64,000 nucleotides of DNA from Pseudomonadota bacterium (GTDB lineage Bacteria; Bdellovibrionota; Bdellovibrionia; Bdellovibrionales; Bdellovibrionaceae): positions 1 to 64,000 of the forward strand of contig JBEGVH010000006.1 in the NCBI GenBank assembly GCA_041178425.1, written 5' to 3'. The position numbers and the translations under genes are program-made. Every line of letters begins with the position of its first letter. Within the stretch, counting starts at the first letter, position 1. A model generated the notes under the pieces. The model was not told the DNA's origin and did no database searches. It saw only the letters and a list, made by a program, of their open reading frames with translations. Positions 1 through 10,062 of the stretch are shown piece by piece.

Positions 1-12
1 TGGCCAAGGAAC

Positions 13-1023
13 TTATCCCTTTGGTTCAATCTGGCTTTGGGACACGTCGTTCCAAAAAGTCAAAAGGGCCTTACTCAGAGCCTCAGAGAGTTTTTCTGAG
101 AGGTTCTTTTTAACTTTAAAGCTTATGTGAATCAAATCCGTTGAGCGCCGCATACCGAGGAGATAGTCGTCACTTGTGCGAAGCTCATCGACTAACCCAA
201 GATCCTTAGCCTGTTGGCCGTACCAATACTCGCCAGTCGCAATTTTATGAAGATCGAGGCTTGGGCGAAATTGATGGATGTGGTCTTTGAAGAGAGTGTG
301 AGTTTCTTCGAGTTGAGTCATGAACTTGCTCTCGCCCTCAGGTGTGATTTCACCGAGAACACTCACTGTTCGTTTGAATTCGCCTGCGGTGTATTCTTTG
401 TAATCGATTTCATGTTTTTTGAGAATTCTGTGAAAATTGGGCACCTGAGCAATGACTCCGATGGAGCCGACAATGGCAAATGGGGCCGCTATAATTTTAT
501 TAGCTACGGCGGCCATCATATAGCCCCCAGAGGCTGCCACTTTATCGACGCAAACTGTTAGAGGGATATTAGCGCCGCGGATGCGTTGGAGTTGAGAAGC
601 ACAGAATCCATAACCATGGACAACGCCGCCCGGACTTTCAACGCGGCAAACCACTTCGTCTTGAGGGGTAGCCAAGGTGAGGAGTGCCGTCACTTCTTCG
701 CGGAGGTGTTCCCCGGCGTGAGCCTTGAGATCGCCTTTAAAATCGATAACAAAAACTTTTCGACGCGTTTCTTGGTCCCATTTTTTTTGGTCTTCTTCCC
801 ACGATTTCGATTCTTTTTTTAAATCTTTTTTGTTGAGAATTTGAGATTTAATGGTTTGCTCAAGTTGATTATAATGGTCGTTTAGATTTTCTATCTCAAC
901 GAGAGGTTTGAGTTGTTGGCCCTTTTGAACCAACATCAGGATGATCAAAGTAATAATGGCGATGGCCGCGATCACAACAAAAACTTTCAGTGCAAATAAA
1001 CTAATGGCTAAGAAAAAGTCCAC
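13..1023 (-). CDS. sohB: S49-family protease SohB
   Basis: N-terminal TM helix; ESPGG, DKVAASGGYMMA, GSIGV and TAGEFKRT motifs. Start moved to GTG 1023, which follows AGGAGG. Confidence 0.9.
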   Translation of the reverse strand: MDFFLAISLFALKVFVVIAAIAIITLIILMLVQKGQQLKPLVEIENLNDHYNQLEQTIKSQILNKKDLKKESKSWEEDQKKWDQETRRKVFVIDFKGDLKAHAGEHLREEVTALLTLATPQDEVVCRVESPGGVVHGYGFCASQLQRIRGANIPLTVCVDKVAASGGYMMAAVANKIIAAPFAIVGSIGVIAQVPNFHRILKKHEIDYKEYTAGEFKRTVSVLGEITPEGESKFMTQLEETHTLFKDHIHQFRPSLDLHKIATGEYWYGQQAKDLGLVDELRTSDDYLLGMRRSTDLIHISFKVKKNLSEKLSEALSKALLTFWNDVSQSQIEPKG

Positions 1024-1120
1024 AGGTCCTCCTGTTTTGAAAGACCTAGTGCTAATCGAAGTGTTTGCTGTGGGCAATGGTTAATTTGCGATGAGTCTGA
1101 AGAATGAAGTATTCTCAGCC

Positions 1121-1873
1121 CTAGTTCCGTGTTTCGGATGAATGAGCGGATTTATTTTCTGCCTCGGTTGTCTGGTGCAAAAAAGCTTCAATGCTTTCTC
1201 CGGTGATTTTTTCAACTTGTTTGAAATAGTAAATAAGTAAGCCGAGAAGCATAGCCATAGATGGGATGGCAATGCCTAAAAAGCCTCTTTTGTGCATGAG
1301 GGCTATTTGGGCATTGAGTAAGTTGGCTTTTTCCACCTCGGCGATGGAGTCACTGATGGGTGTGAAGGTTTGTTCAGCAATCAAAAAATTAAGAAGCGCC
1401 GAAATGAAAAAACTAAGAGCAAGGATGTGATTGCTCCTTAAGACAAGTTTATGAAACGCTTCAGTTTGATTTGATTCCTTGAGTCGAGACTCGAGCTTAT
1501 CGGTATTAAAAACGTCTGGAGACATAAGCATTTTGCCAAAAAAAGGATTATTTCGAAGCCCCGAAATTAAAACGAAAAGACCGATGAGAAATGGAAAGCT
1601 AGCCTCTTTGAAAGAGAACCATCCTCCACTCAATTGCAGTAGACCAAAGCCACCTGTGATGATCACGTTCACTAAGCCAAGAAGAGAAACAAAATTATGT
1701 TTTTTCGTTTTCCACCATTCGAAAGCGCCATAAAATAGCGGAAATGCGATGGCAATGAGAAGTCTTATTTCGGGAGTGAAAAAAGTGGTGGAGTTGAGGA
1801 TATAAATAGGAATCGCAATGCTAAAGGCGAGGTTGCTGAAAACACTGACTAATGATTTTGTTTCATGGTTCAA
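1121..1873 (-). CDS. Multi-pass membrane protein (VC0807/intracellular septation-like)
   Basis: About 6 hydrophobic helices, WFSFKEA motif, GAGGAG RBS before a TTG start. Confidence 0.6.
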   Translation of the reverse strand: MNHETKSLVSVFSNLAFSIAIPIYILNSTTFFTPEIRLLIAIAFPLFYGAFEWWKTKKHNFVSLLGLVNVIITGGFGLLQLSGGWFSFKEASFPFLIGLFVLISGLRNNPFFGKMLMSPDVFNTDKLESRLKESNQTEAFHKLVLRSNHILALSFFISALLNFLIAEQTFTPISDSIAEVEKANLLNAQIALMHKRGFLGIAIPSMAMLLGLLIYYFKQVEKITGESIEAFLHQTTEAENKSAHSSETRN

Positions 1874-2077
1874 CGTGCTCTCCTCTCATAGAGATCTCAA
1901 AATGGCCCTTAGGATAGGAGGAATGCAGGGGCGTTGCAATAGAAAAACCACAAATAAAAAAAGGAAATGGAGGTCCTCTTGGAATGGCATGAAAGAATAA
2001 ACTTTTCTCAAGAAGGACTTGCCCCTCGACGAGAGTGTTTTTAAGCTCAATAGACAAAGCGAACAAGGAGTTCTTTG

Positions 2078-4342
2078 ATGAAATTTTGTATGGGGCTTTT
2101 CATAGTCATGGTTTCTTGTTTGGCGATGGCGAAAAACAAGGACAAAGCTGTTCCGGAGTTTAGTCTTGAATGGAATTCGGAACAGCCCCATAAACATTGG
2201 TTATTTACCAAAGGGGCTCGTTACGACGGACCGGCTCGCTTGGCGCCCTTAGCACTAGTTAAAAAATTAGAACTCGAAGAAAAATATGAAGGTTGTACCG
2301 AGCAAGTACTAAAAATTTGGGCAACGTATCCGGAGTTCAGGGGATGGTTGGCTCTGCAGGGCACTCAGTGTCTTGTGTATCAGTTGAAGTTCGCACCACC
2401 CGGGGCCAGCTCCTTGCATAGGAGCTGGTGGAATCACCTAATGAAGCACGGAGATGGTATTCTCTTTGGGCCATGGAGTTCTGAGATAATGAAAAGTTGG
2501 GGTGAGTACTCTCAATTGGTTTTGAAAACCCCAAAGTTAGCGGTGTCTTTTAGGAGTGAAGTGGCTGACTCTTGGCGACGATACATGAGCAATCTCAACA
2601 AAAGTGAGAGGCAAGATCTGTATAAAATTCTGGTTGATGATCTAAAACTGGAGGGTCAGGAGTCGTTGGCCGAACGAATCAGCGAGCGTGAATGGCCTTC
2701 GAAAGATAAGTCTGCGACGGGTAAAAGTGCAGACGGTGGCACTGCAGCGACCAGTCAAGAAGAGTTATTGTTTCAGGCGATCATTGATTTGTTGACGTCA
2801 GGGCAATTGGTGGCGGCGACAGAAAATACGGTGACCTTTTTTAGTAAATTCCCCAACGGCAAAAAAGCTACCGCTCTCCTTGAGAGGCTTCAGCAGAGTT
2901 ATTTTACGCTGGTCGATTCCGGTGTAACCTCCGAGCAGAAGTTGCAGATAGAAAAATGCTTGAAAGAAGCAAAACATCTTCATTCTTCTCGGCTGATTGA
3001 TTGGGCGAAAGCTGCTCATCGACGAGGAGACTTTAAAGGGGCACTCTTTTTGGCGGAACACGCTCTCGATGAGGAAGAAGGTTCCGTCGAAGGGGCTCCG
3101 TTGTTATTTATTGCCGGCCGTTCAGCCTACTTTTTGGGTAATTATTCTTTGGCTGTTGAAAAGTTTGATCGCCTCATCCAACGCCACTCGGGCTTTGCCG
3201 ACCTCTGGGAAGTTAAATTTCGCAGGGGGTTTGCTTTTATGCGAATGCAAGACTATTCAAAGGCAGAAGAAGCCCTTGGTGCTATTTGGTCGGACCCTGA
3301 AAATAAGTCGTATGGGCTTTCCTCTCTCTACTGGCTGATTCGGCTCAAGCAAAAACGCCAAGTCCCCGTGGATGATTTAATGAAAGCCATGCAGGATCGA
3401 TTTAGCTTAACTTATTATGGTTTAAAGCTCGCGGCGGAGTCGAACCAGCAAACGGTGGTGCTGGAGAGTGAAGCCAAACCTGTGGTGATTAAACAGAATT
3501 GGGTGTTGACCCCCGGAGAAAAAAAACAGTGGGAACGAGTGCAGGATTTAGCGCGAGCTGGTTGGTATCTCGCGGCTCAGGGAGAACTTAATAATTTAAT
3601 CCTAAATGGAACCCCAGAACAGAAATTTCTGTGGTCTCAGCAGTTAGTGCAGGTTTTTGCTTACCCACAGGCTCTGCGAGCCTATAGCGAGTTGATCGAT
3701 CTTGATCCGCGCTGGCGAAAAACGAACTATTTGCGCACTATTTTTCCGAAGCCCCTCGTTGAGGTGGTGGAGGCTGAAGCTCAAAAAAATGAGTTGCACC
3801 CACTTTTGTTATTTAGCCTTATTCGCCAAGAGAGCGCATTTCATTTGGCTGCAACCAGTCGGTCCCAAGCGAAGGGACTCATGCAATTGATTCCACCTAC
3901 GTCTCAAGAGGTGGCACAAGATCTTCGTATTAAAAATTTTAATTCTGATCAAATGTACCATCCTGAGGTGAATATTCGTTTTGGTGCACACTATCTGGCC
4001 AAAGTTATTCGGCAATTTGGTGGCAACGTGAGTGTCGGACTCGCTGCATATAATGCTGGGCCGCAGCGATTGAGGAAGTTTTTCGAAGGCCGCGCTGTGG
4101 TGGAAAATCCCGCTCTGCTTTCGCAGGAGGATCCATGGACAGATCTTTGGATTGAAGAATTACCTTGGCTTGAGACAAATTTATATGTGAAATCAATATT
4201 AAGGAATAGGGTTGTTTACCAAACATTGGAACGGGGCAGCTTTGAATGGCCAGCACCGGTATGGAAAGATCTCTTTCTGGGTAAGCAAAAGGTCTCAAAG
4301 ACGATCAGGGATTCAGGGGCCACAAAAAATATGAAGCGATAG
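2078..4342 (+). CDS. Soluble lytic transglycosylase (Slt70-like) with TPR repeats
   Basis: Signal peptide, TPR-like helices, SLT motifs IRQES / AKGLMQL / AAYNAG / ETNLYV. Confidence 0.9.
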   Translation: MKFCMGLFIVMVSCLAMAKNKDKAVPEFSLEWNSEQPHKHWLFTKGARYDGPARLAPLALVKKLELEEKYEGCTEQVLKIWATYPEFRGWLALQGTQCLVYQLKFAPPGASSLHRSWWNHLMKHGDGILFGPWSSEIMKSWGEYSQLVLKTPKLAVSFRSEVADSWRRYMSNLNKSERQDLYKILVDDLKLEGQESLAERISEREWPSKDKSATGKSADGGTAATSQEELLFQAIIDLLTSGQLVAATENTVTFFSKFPNGKKATALLERLQQSYFTLVDSGVTSEQKLQIEKCLKEAKHLHSSRLIDWAKAAHRRGDFKGALFLAEHALDEEEGSVEGAPLLFIAGRSAYFLGNYSLAVEKFDRLIQRHSGFADLWEVKFRRGFAFMRMQDYSKAEEALGAIWSDPENKSYGLSSLYWLIRLKQKRQVPVDDLMKAMQDRFSLTYYGLKLAAESNQQTVVLESEAKPVVIKQNWVLTPGEKKQWERVQDLARAGWYLAAQGELNNLILNGTPEQKFLWSQQLVQVFAYPQALRAYSELIDLDPRWRKTNYLRTIFPKPLVEVVEAEAQKNELHPLLLFSLIRQESAFHLAATSRSQAKGLMQLIPPTSQEVAQDLRIKNFNSDQMYHPEVNIRFGAHYLAKVIRQFGGNVSVGLAAYNAGPQRLRKFFEGRAVVENPALLSQEDPWTDLWIEELPWLETNLYVKSILRNRVVYQTLERGSFEWPAPVWKDLFLGKQKVSKTIRDSGATKNMKR

Positions 4343-4435
4343 GGTGGGATCTCTGCCCCCTCTTCGCTAAAAAAATGCGGACGACTGCATTTCGGTGGCA
4401 AAACATTAAAAGTTTATGAAGGGATTTTAGTTTTA

Positions 4436-6328
4436 ATGAGATATTTAAAGAACAGTCCGCAGCATAAGATGTCCCAAACACTAGGTATGTTCATTGCGTT
4501 GGCGCTTGTTTCTGGGTGTAGCTCGCTTAAATCAAAAGATTCAAAAGAGGCTCGTGGAATTGGCATTTTTTCTGTGATCCCTGCTGAAATCGAATCATTC
4601 AGAGCGAGTGAGCCAGAACCTCCTGGAATGGCGGTTCCAGAGTTCGATAATATTCCCGAGGATGTTCAGCCTCACGTTCAAAAATGGCTCAATTATTTTC
4701 AGGGTCGTGGTCGCGAACACATGGAGCGCTACCTTTCACGATCAACTCGCTACGAGCGACTCATGAAGAGAATCTTGCGTGAGAATGGAATTCCTGAAGA
4801 TCTCATTTATATTGCATTGATTGAATCGGGGTTTAGTCCACGAGCTATTTCGCGGGCGCGCGCAGTAGGGTACTGGCAATTTATTCGAGGAACGGGCACT
4901 CGTTATGGGTTGCAAATTAACACTTTTGTGGATGAACGCCGGGATCCTGTATTAGCCACCCAAGCGGCTGCAGATTATTTTAAGGGTCTTTATGGTGAAT
5001 TCAATTCTTGGTTTCTGGCTATGGCTTCCTACAATGTTGGTGAAGGTCGTGTTCGTAGAGAAATCAATAAAAATAAAACGAGAGATTTTTGGACTCTCGC
5101 AAAGAAGAGACGTTTGCCAAAAGAAACGCTTAATTACGTTCCTAAATATTTAGCGGCACGGATTATTGGTAAAAACCCCGAAGCGTATGGATTTACTGAT
5201 ATCCCTTACGAGCCACCGATTGAGTTCGAAACAGTGGCATTTAATCAGGCTATTAACATGAAGGTTTTGGCAGAGAAGATGAATGTCGACTATGCTGAAA
5301 TTAAGCGTTTAAACCCGAAGTATCGCGGTGAAGTAGCTCCCATCGATGGTAGCAATGTCGAATTGCGCTTGCCATTGAACACAAAAGAGAGCGCTCTTGC
5401 TATGGCCTCTGAAGCTTCCGTTAAAGATCTGGTGTTTGTTCCTGATCGTGGGGAGACCGACGTTTACAAAGTAAGAAAAGGAGATACGCTTCTTAAAATT
5501 GCTAAACGTTTTAAAACCTCTGTGGCAAATTTGAGGGAGATCAATGACTTTAAGCGAAAATCCCGTTTAAAGCCCGGACGTACTATCTTTGTTCCGATCC
5601 CTGCGGTGGCCATGCCTAAGCCAGTCAATAAACCAGTCGTCGTAGCACAAAATAAGCCTGCAGCAACCGTAGACGATTCAAAAGCAGCAAAAAGCGCGGA
5701 TGAAGCTCTTTACATAATGCAAGAAGGAGAAAGTCTCGCTGAGGTTGCAAGTAAAAACAATATGACGATGGAAGAGTTGATGGAACTCAACTCGTTCAGC
5801 GAGGGTCAGGTTGTTGCTGTGGGAATGCAGATTCGTGTTAAGAAAATTGGTCCGGAGGCAGATGAGCCTTCGATAGACGAGCTTCCATCTTCCACTGAAG
5901 TCGTTGCTGGCGATTCGAAGGAGACAAAGGCAGCACCCGCACCAGAGCCAGTAGTTACTGCCGATTCGGCACAAACAGTCGCTGTGAGTGAACCAAAGTC
6001 GGAAGCCACTCAAGTAGAACCGAACAACTCAGAGTACAAGGAAACCGTAGAGGAACCGGTCGCTAAATTGTCTAAGCGTGGAGCGAAAAAAGAGACGATT
6101 TCGCGTCTTCGTTCAGCAGCGAGAAAAGAGCTCACCCATAAAGTAAAACCGGGTGAAACTCTCTATCGAATTGCTCTTCGTTATAAAACGACTGTCGATG
6201 CGATTAAGAAAATGAATAAAATGAAGAGTGAGAAAGGTCTTCGGGCCGGCTCAATCCTTAAAATTCCGAGTGCGTCTGAAAAACGAACCACTCGTTCCAT
6301 CAAAAGAGAGCACAGCTTCGTCGCATAA
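4436..6328 (+). CDS. mltD: MltD-like lytic transglycosylase lipoprotein with 3 LysM domains
   Basis: Lipobox VSGC; IESGF, GYWQF, ASYNVG and ETLNYVPK motifs; LysM repeats (YKVRKGDTL, YIMQEGESL, HKVKPGETL). Confidence 0.88.
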   Translation: MRYLKNSPQHKMSQTLGMFIALALVSGCSSLKSKDSKEARGIGIFSVIPAEIESFRASEPEPPGMAVPEFDNIPEDVQPHVQKWLNYFQGRGREHMERYLSRSTRYERLMKRILRENGIPEDLIYIALIESGFSPRAISRARAVGYWQFIRGTGTRYGLQINTFVDERRDPVLATQAAADYFKGLYGEFNSWFLAMASYNVGEGRVRREINKNKTRDFWTLAKKRRLPKETLNYVPKYLAARIIGKNPEAYGFTDIPYEPPIEFETVAFNQAINMKVLAEKMNVDYAEIKRLNPKYRGEVAPIDGSNVELRLPLNTKESALAMASEASVKDLVFVPDRGETDVYKVRKGDTLLKIAKRFKTSVANLREINDFKRKSRLKPGRTIFVPIPAVAMPKPVNKPVVVAQNKPAATVDDSKAAKSADEALYIMQEGESLAEVASKNNMTMEELMELNSFSEGQVVAVGMQIRVKKIGPEADEPSIDELPSSTEVVAGDSKETKAAPAPEPVVTADSAQTVAVSEPKSEATQVEPNNSEYKETVEEPVAKLSKRGAKKETISRLRSAARKELTHKVKPGETLYRIALRYKTTVDAIKKMNKMKSEKGLRAGSILKIPSASEKRTTRSIKREHSFVA

Positions 6329-6329
6329 A

Positions 6330-7391
6330 TTAAGCAGCATCATCGAGATGTTTAATGTGCTCTGAATCTAAAACGCACTGAAGGTGAAGGAGGCTGTGTG
6401 GCTCCTTGGCCTCCTCATTTTGCAATTCAGTCCAAAAAGTGTGTTGATAGCCCTCTCGTATTCCAATGAGTTCCTCTCTAATGCGATAAAGAAGCCCAGC
6501 GGGTGTTCCTAGTAACCAATCAACCTGAAACTGATAGAGTTCGTCTTCTAGTTGGGTTCGCTCTTTGTGTTCAAAAAAGCTTTCGGGTAGGCTATTTAGA
6601 AGAAAATACGAATGGGGAAGGTAGTTAAGGAAAGCCTCAGAGAGGCTTTCATCGCCTGGTCGTGAGAGCTTGCCTTTTCTTTGCAGGATCGCGATGTGGC
6701 GATAGAGCAGAGTATCGTTGGTTAGTAATTCTGGAGCGTGAAAATAGTCTTTGACGCTATCAATATGGAGTCCATCGTAAAGAGTTTCTGAACTTGTCTC
6801 GTTATACTGAATCGCCGAGAGCGCGCGAAGATTGTACAGGAGCGAGTACACCGTGTGCAGAATGCTCATGGTTCCAGAGGCAAAATTGAGTTTGGTGTCG
6901 AAGAGCAGGGGGTGAGATCTCTCAACTTCCAGCTGCTGGATGCTATCGAGAAGACGGATCAATTCTTGAAGATGAGTTCCCTTTGAGGTGCAGGCCTTTT
7001 TTAAAATTTCATGCAGGCTTTGTTCGAAAACCAGTTCCGCCGTGGGGGCTGTGGACTTAGTACTGAGGAATTGTTTAATTCTCGTGTTTGAACGATGATA
7101 AATTTCGTGCATGGGTTCGATACGTTGCCATAGCAATGCCGCCAAGGCCTCTTCGTTCGATGAAAGATTATCTTTTGAGTGGACCAGGAGTTTATAGGCA
7201 GACAGTCCCACGAGGGCATCTGTGTAATACGGCATGGGAGCGAGATTGTGGCTATCCTGTTCTTCAACTGGACTAAGTTCTGTTTCAATAAGGCTAGGGC
7301 GACCGAGAGCTTTGTGGGCCTCTTCATAATGAACATGCAATTGGATTCCCAATCCTAAATGATGAGTCCCATTGTTCGACCAAATTCCCAT
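6330..7391 (-). CDS. Hypothetical cytoplasmic protein
   Basis: 353-codon ORF with GGAGG RBS; fills the gap between mltD and tatD; no motif recognised. Confidence 0.7.
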   Translation of the reverse strand: MGIWSNNGTHHLGLGIQLHVHYEEAHKALGRPSLIETELSPVEEQDSHNLAPMPYYTDALVGLSAYKLLVHSKDNLSSNEEALAALLWQRIEPMHEIYHRSNTRIKQFLSTKSTAPTAELVFEQSLHEILKKACTSKGTHLQELIRLLDSIQQLEVERSHPLLFDTKLNFASGTMSILHTVYSLLYNLRALSAIQYNETSSETLYDGLHIDSVKDYFHAPELLTNDTLLYRHIAILQRKGKLSRPGDESLSEAFLNYLPHSYFLLNSLPESFFEHKERTQLEDELYQFQVDWLLGTPAGLLYRIREELIGIREGYQHTFWTELQNEEAKEPHSLLHLQCVLDSEHIKHLDDAA

Positions 7392-7529
7392 GGTGATAAC
7401 CTCCCTGACCGCGTCTCTTTATTATCAAAGGCCTTCATTGAATTTTTAAAGTCTTGATTTTTTTTCCCGCTGACCGTCGAGGAGCATTAATTGCTCGATT
7501 GGCTTAAAGCCTTGAGATAGACTGGATTC

Positions 7530-8309
7530 ATGTATTGGGATGTGCATTGTCATTTGACAGATAGTCGCTGGGGGGAAGATCTTCCGGCCGTGTTGCGAGA
7601 GGCTCAAGAAAAAGGGATCACCGGTTTTTTTTTCGGAGGCTACGAGCCCAAGGAATGGTTGGAGCAACTAGATCTGGTGAAGGCCTTTCCAGAGTTTTCG
7701 ATGGAGCCCTGTTTTGGTTTGCATCCCATGTGGGTGAGCCAGTGCAGCGAAGAAGCGCTTGAATTGGGATTGGATCAGCTGGCTCGATTTCTCCCAAAAA
7801 CCAGGGCTATCGGAGAAATCGGACTCGATGCTCGCAAAGATTTTGTAGGGGGGTGGGGTTTACAAATGGAGGCCTTTCGTTCCCAGTTAGAGCTGGCGGG
7901 TCTCACCAAAAAACCTGTGGTGCTCCATATTGTGCGTGCTCATGTCGAGGCCATCAGAGTTTTGAATCTTCACCGAGAGCTTATTCATGGGGGCTTTGTT
8001 CATGCCTTCAACGGGGATAAAGGTGTCGCAAAGCAGTATTTGGATTTCTCCCTTGCTCTTTCGGTGGGAGGATCGATTAGTCATGCTCATTCCCATGAGC
8101 TGAGAGAGGTCGTAAAGTGGTTGCCGCGGGAGTCCTTATTGCTCGAAACTGATAGCCCTGATCAAAAAATTAAAAATTGGCCGTCGTCCTTGCATCGACC
8201 GGTCGCTTTGTGGAATATTGCCGAAATTGTGGCTGATATCAGAGGTGAGAGCACTGATGCCGTTCTTCAGCAAAGTGCTCAAAATCTGCGCCGAATTTTG
8301 GGGATGTAA
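7530..8309 (+). CDS. tatD: TatD-family hydrolase
   Basis: DVHCHL, IGEIGLD, LHIV, VHAF and LLETDSP motifs. Confidence 0.9.
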   Translation: MYWDVHCHLTDSRWGEDLPAVLREAQEKGITGFFFGGYEPKEWLEQLDLVKAFPEFSMEPCFGLHPMWVSQCSEEALELGLDQLARFLPKTRAIGEIGLDARKDFVGGWGLQMEAFRSQLELAGLTKKPVVLHIVRAHVEAIRVLNLHRELIHGGFVHAFNGDKGVAKQYLDFSLALSVGGSISHAHSHELREVVKWLPRESLLLETDSPDQKIKNWPSSLHRPVALWNIAEIVADIRGESTDAVLQQSAQNLRRILGM

Positions 8310-9143
8310 GTGACAACAGAAAATAAATATCTTTTGCACCGACGATTTGACCGGATGGGTCGATTGGTAGGCGATCAAAACATGGAGAACCTTTTCCGAA
8401 GCCACGTGATGGTGATTGGTCTCGGTGGTGTTGGTGGTTGGGCGGCCGAGTCACTCGCGCGCAGTGGGGTTGGGCGCATGACCCTCGTGGATTTTGATGA
8501 TATTTGCGTAACCAACACGAATCGACAAATTCAGGCGATGCAAAACCAAGTGGGTGTTAAAAAAGCGACGGCGCTTGCTGATCGCCTCAGTAAAATAAAT
8601 CCCCAAATGATCGTGGAGCCTATTGTTGAGTTTTATCGTGAAGAGAACAGTGAGTTCATTTTAAATAAAAAGCCCGATTGGATTCTTGATTGCATTGATA
8701 ATATCACGGCCAAGTGTCATCTGCTTTCAGAGTGTCGTAGGCGCAATCAAAAAGTGATGACCAGCGGGGGTGCGGGAGGTCGCATAGACCCTATGAAAAT
8801 TCGCATCGCTGATTTGTCACAAACAAGCGAAGATCCCTTTTTGCAGCAGGTTCGAAAGACCTTGCGACAGCGTCACGATTTTCCAAGAGAAGGAACTCTC
8901 TTCGGTGTGCCCTGTGTGTACTCCGAGGAAACTATGCGCGAACCGATCGAGCTTCACTACGATCAGGGCAAAGGGTTTCGTTGTGTTTGCCCAAAGGGGC
9001 AAAACGACTTCCATAGTTGCGAGCGCCGCAACGTGATCTATGGCAGTGCCAGCTTTCTCACCGGGAGCTTCGGTTTTGCTATGGCTTCCCATGTTATTCG
9101 CCATTTAACTGAAGAATCATTAACAAGTTCCGTACACATTTAG
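8310..9143 (+). CDS. tcdA: tRNA threonylcarbamoyladenosine dehydratase (ThiF/CsdL family)
   Basis: GLGGVG, DFDDICVTNTNRQ, DCID and VYSEE motifs. Confidence 0.85.
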   Translation: MTTENKYLLHRRFDRMGRLVGDQNMENLFRSHVMVIGLGGVGGWAAESLARSGVGRMTLVDFDDICVTNTNRQIQAMQNQVGVKKATALADRLSKINPQMIVEPIVEFYREENSEFILNKKPDWILDCIDNITAKCHLLSECRRRNQKVMTSGGAGGRIDPMKIRIADLSQTSEDPFLQQVRKTLRQRHDFPREGTLFGVPCVYSEETMREPIELHYDQGKGFRCVCPKGQNDFHSCERRNVIYGSASFLTGSFGFAMASHVIRHLTEESLTSSVHI

Positions 9144-9156
9144 GCGAGGATTTTTT

Positions 9157-9300
9157 ATGTCGATTATTTTATTTTTTGGTTCGGCTCTTTTGGTTACTCT
9201 AGTGTCAACGGTTTATGTTGTTGTGGCCATTCGCCACTTGATCAAAAACAGAAAGGTCAGTTCGCTCGATGTGAGCAAATCTTCAGGGAGCGTTCGATGA
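9157..9300 (+). CDS. Small single-pass membrane protein (47 aa), absent from the ORF track
   Basis: GAGGA RBS; ATG at 9157; MSIILFFGSALLVTLVSTVYVVVAIRHLIKNRKVSSLDVSKSSGSVR; stop overlaps the next start (ATGA). Confidence 0.6.
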   Translation: MSIILFFGSALLVTLVSTVYVVVAIRHLIKNRKVSSLDVSKSSGSVR

Positions 9301-10049
9301 GTCGGGCGTTGATACTCCTTTTCTTTTTCGTGGCTTCGCTGTCAGTTCGTGCAGAAACCTATCAGCAACTCTTAGGTGCCTTCAGAACCTTTCCGAAGAG
9401 TGGAAGTATCGAAGCCCATAGTTACTACAATCAAAAATTTTGGGACGAATCGGCTACTGGGCAAGCCTGGAAATTTGGACTTTGGAGAGTCGGTGCCTTT
9501 GCCGCCGTTCATGGTCAAGTGGGAGCGCGAGTCGACCTTTATCCTATTTCTTTTGTTCAGATCAGTTATCAAGAGAGTCTTACTTCTCGCTTTTACGAAA
9601 CACTGACGCTCAATTGTGAAGAGATCCATTGTGGAGGATCGCTTCGTCGTGGCACTTTGAAAGCGAGTTTGGCCTTGGCCTATGGAGCTATTTTCTTTGT
9701 GCCCAGTTATGCACAAACTCAATTGACGATCGATTCCGATAAAAGAGACTTTAGCAGTGAAGAAGATAACCTGATTGCTAAACGCACGGGAGATGAGCTT
9801 GCCACAACTCAGTGGGCCCTTGGGTACAAACAAGAGAAAGATCGCTTTGTTTTTTTATCTAAACAATCGGTGATGAAGTTTTCAAAAGACAACAACTTCT
9901 CGCAGCTTTTGATCTGGAGTCATGATTATAATTCCGAGATTAATTACTTTGCCGGAGTGGGCTTTTTTGAGTCCAATCATGTAAAGAGAGGATCAACGAT
10001 GGTGGCAGGATTCAACTGGACCTCGGGTGATAATCTAGCACTCTTTTAG
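9297..10049 (+). CDS. Secreted protein, probable outer-membrane beta-barrel
   Basis: Signal peptide, alternating aromatic/polar strands, C-terminal Phe. Confidence 0.55.
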   Translation: MSRALILLFFFVASLSVRAETYQQLLGAFRTFPKSGSIEAHSYYNQKFWDESATGQAWKFGLWRVGAFAAVHGQVGARVDLYPISFVQISYQESLTSRFYETLTLNCEEIHCGGSLRRGTLKASLALAYGAIFFVPSYAQTQLTIDSDKRDFSSEEDNLIAKRTGDELATTQWALGYKQEKDRFVFLSKQSVMKFSKDNNFSQLLIWSHDYNSEINYFAGVGFFESNHVKRGSTMVAGFNWTSGDNLALF

Positions 10050-10062
10050 TGAGGGGTCTTCG

